From Macrostomum lignano (Eukaryota): a stretch of 64,000 nt of DNA. Below the pieces are notes generated by a model. That model did not search any database. It was not told the origin of the DNA and was given only the letters and a program-made list of their open reading frames with translations. The stretch spans positions 124,001 to 188,000 of the forward strand of contig NIVC01001748.1 in NCBI GenBank assembly GCA_002269645.1. The letters are read 5' to 3'. The first letter of the stretch is position 1. Each line of letters begins with the position of its first letter. This document shows, in pieces, positions 61,115-64,000 of the stretch. Both the position numbers and the translations under genes were made by a program.

Positions 61115-61765
61115 ATAAATACAGTCTTCATATGGGATCTATGAAAATTACTGTGTGGATATGGGATCTGGGATAAATGCCTTCATATGGGATCTGGGAT
61201 AGTTACAGTCTTCATATGGGATCTGGGAAAATTACAGTGTTGATATGGGATCTGGGATAAATAAGGTCTGAATATGGAATCTGGGATGATTACAGTCTTT
61301 TAATTATATGGGATCTGGCATTATTACAGCGTGGATATGGGATCTGGGATAAATAATAGCCTTCATATGGGATCTGGGATAAATCAAGTCTGAATATGGG
61401 ATCTGGGATAATTACAGTGTTGATATGGGATCTGGGATAAATAATAGCCTTCATATGGAATCTGGGATAAATCAAGTCTGAATATGGGATCTGGGATAAT
61501 TACAGTGTGGATATGGGATCTGGGATAAATAATAGCCTTCATATGGGATCTGGAATAAATCAAGTCTGAACATGGGATCTGGGATAATTACAGTCTTCCT
61601 ATGGGATCTGGGATAATTACAGTCTTCATATGGGATCTGGGATAAATAAGGTCTGAATATGGGATCTGGGATAATTACAGTCTTTATATGGGATCTGGGA
61701 TAATTACAGTCTTCATATGGGATCTGGGATAATTACAGTCTTCATATGGGATCTGGGATATTTAC
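61115..61765. repeat. About 29-bp minisatellite (ATATGGGATCTGGGATAATTACAGTCTTC)
   Basis: Direct. Confidence 0.88.
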
Positions 61766-62454
61766 CGTCTGGGATGCGGTAACACTGGGATAGAAAAATG
61801 TCTGGCATTGATTAGAACACGCCAATATTTGTCCATGCAGGAATAGAAAGAAAGTTCTTTCGCACCAAAGAGCTGCAGAATTAGCCCAGTCTCCCGAGGA
61901 CACTGGCTACAAGAGAGCCACAAAAAAGTTTATAGGCTACAAAGCGACTTTATGACTGGCGGACTGCATGGTTGCTTCCAACCCCGAAAGATAACCTGAA
62001 GTGCAGAGACCAACCTGCTTGAGTTGCTTTTGCTATGAGCAAGAAAAAAATCTGCCGCTGGAAAATTAATGAAATAATTTTATGCAAATTAATGCAAACC
62101 TCATTCTCGTAGTCAGTAGAAACTGCAAATGTCAACTTGGCTCCCTCTCGCCGCCTCCCAAACGATCGGGTTGTCAAGCAGGAGGCGGGGAAAAGGTTGC
62201 TTTTCCCTGAAGAGGATTAACTCGAAGGGATTCCTGTAGCTCAGCTAAAAGCCTGGAATCCTTCTCTGATCCCAATATGCTTCGGATTCCCTTGACGGCT
62301 TTGAGGGGAAGAATCTTTGACAGCAAGCGGAAATGATCCCATCAAATCGGACATGCACCTGGGAAGGCGCTGACTGACCTGGGTTGCCTATGACAGGCTG
62401 CCACCATGTTAATAGGACTTGTGATTGGGATTAAAGCTGCCGAGCTTTTTGGGA

Positions 62455-62812
62455 TTTTGGGATCATAATTGTCAACCTGGAATCTAACAGGTATTTTGGG
62501 ATCATAACTGTTTACCTGGAATCTAACAGGGATTTTGGGATCATAACTGTTTACCTGGAATCTAACAGGGATTTTGGGATCATAACTGCCAACCTGGAAT
62601 CTATCAGGGATTTTGTGATCATAACTGTTTACCTGGAATCTAACAGTGATTTTGGGATCATAACTGTCAACCTGGAATCTAACAGGGATTTTGTGATCAT
62701 AACTGTCAACCTGAAATCTATCAGGGATTTTGGGATCATAACTGTCAACCTGGAATCTAACAGGGATTTTGAGATCATAACTGTCAACCTGGAATCTAAC
62801 AGGGATTTTGGG
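62455..62812. repeat. 39-bp minisatellite (GGAATCTAACAGGGATTTTGGGATCATAACTGTCAACCT)
   Basis: Direct. Confidence 0.9.
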
Positions 62813-63114
62813 ATAAATTAATCATTCTAAAGATTAAATCCATGGAGGTTTCGAGTTGACTCACTCCTTGAGATAACTCTGGATCTTAATGGGATTTTTG
62901 GGGATAATTTTGGATCTAATGGGATTTTTGGGGATGATTCTCGATCTTGGTGGCATTTTTTGGGATAAATTCTGGATCTTGATGGGATTTTCGGAAGAAC
63001 TGTAGATAAGTGGGGATTTTTGTAAAGAAATTGAATGCTATATAGCGTCTTTGGCAAGCTTATTTTCCAGAATACATCATGTCCCCGATCTCATTTTTGC
63101 CAAGTGGGACAGCT

Positions 63115-63585
63115 GACTCCCTTGACCTCCCCTGACCTCCCCTGACCTCCTTGACCTCCCCTGATTCCCTTGACCTCCCCCTGATTCCCTTGAACTCCCC
63201 TGTCCCCTTTGACCTCCCTGATCCCCTTGACCTCCCCTGACCCCTTGACCTCCCCTGACCCCTTGACCTCCCTGACCCCTTGACCTCCCCTGACCCTCTT
63301 GACCTCCCCTGACCCGCTTGACCTCCCCTGACCCGCTTGACCCCCCTGACCCGCTTGACCTCCCCTGACCCCCTTGACCTCCCCTGACCCCCTTGACCTC
63401 CCCTGACCCCCTTGACCTCCCCTGACCCCCTTGACCTCCCCTGACCCGCTTGACCTCCCCTGACCCGCTTGACCTCCCCTGACCCGCTTGACCTCCCCTG
63501 ACCCGCTTGACCTCCCCTGACCCGCTTGACCTCCCCTGACCTGCTTGACCTCCCCTGACCCCCTTGACCTCCCCTGACCCCCTTA
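63115..63585. repeat. 19-bp minisatellite (GACCCGCTTGACCTCCCCT)
   Basis: Direct. Confidence 0.9.
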
Positions 63586-63631
63586 ACCATCTCAATACCG
63601 CAGGCTTATCAAAATTCCTGACTGAAAGCAC

Positions 63632-64000
63632 CTTCTTCTGCTTGTACTTTATCGCCAGTTTAAGCCGCGCCAGTCTCAACCGCTCAGCGCCAGCCTCCCC
63701 CGTTGCCGTCAGCGTGGCCAGCGGCCGTTGCGGCAGTCCACGGGCGGCGCCGACCTCGTGGTTGAGCACCACAGCGAGCTCCTCGGAGCTCCGAGTCTGC
63801 TCAAGCAGCGCAGTGGCGTAGTCCTGGCATTTCGCCGCCAGCTGCTCGTACTCGCTGGTGAACTCATTCTCCAGCTTCCCTAGCCGCTTCATCTCCCAGC
63901 TAAGCTCGAAAGCGGTCAGTATCGGGTCTTTACTTGATAGTGAGATTAGCGAGGGACTGGCCAGAGCCTTGTAGGCGCTGATGCGGGATTTGGAGTGCCG
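63632..64000 (-). CDS. TRPC: TRPC (TRP-gamma-like) exon, post-ankyrin linker; 5' end outside window
   Basis: RHSKSRISAYKALASPSLISLSSKDPILTAFELSWE...CQDYATALLEQTRSSEEL...RLKLAIKYKQKK|gtgctt. Confidence 0.95.

Overview
Eukaryotic genomic DNA; GC-rich low-complexity exons and introns packed with minisatellites suggest a flatworm such as Macrostomum, which is inference only. About 30 kb of the 64 kb is tandem repeat (roughly 35 arrays, units 4-60 bp), and most long ORFs in the track are artefacts of these arrays. Manual splice reconstruction, checked for phase consistency, gives four genes. (1) The last three exons of a protocadherin-like gene (+, 3772-7556). (2) A PP2C/pyruvate-dehydrogenase-phosphatase-like gene that appears to have lost all its metal-binding aspartates (+, 21071-22651, 5' end uncertain). 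(3) Ten exons of a TRPC/TRP-gamma channel (-, 64000 to 27440), including one GC-AG intron and a 42-nt exon. (4) An 8-exon, 448-aa type I membrane protein with MNNL/C2-like and DSL-like domains but no EGF repeats, absent from the ORF track as a unit and nested antisense in a TRPC intron (+, 38830-43991). Mobile elements are two young full-length Mag-like Ty3/Gypsy elements (11337-15891, 47036-51494), each inserted into a minisatellite with a 5-bp TSD, an internally deleted Tc1 element and a probable solo LTR. The best leads are the nested EGF-less Delta-like gene, the PDP-like pseudophosphatase, and inverted or splice-site-mimicking minisatellites around exons.
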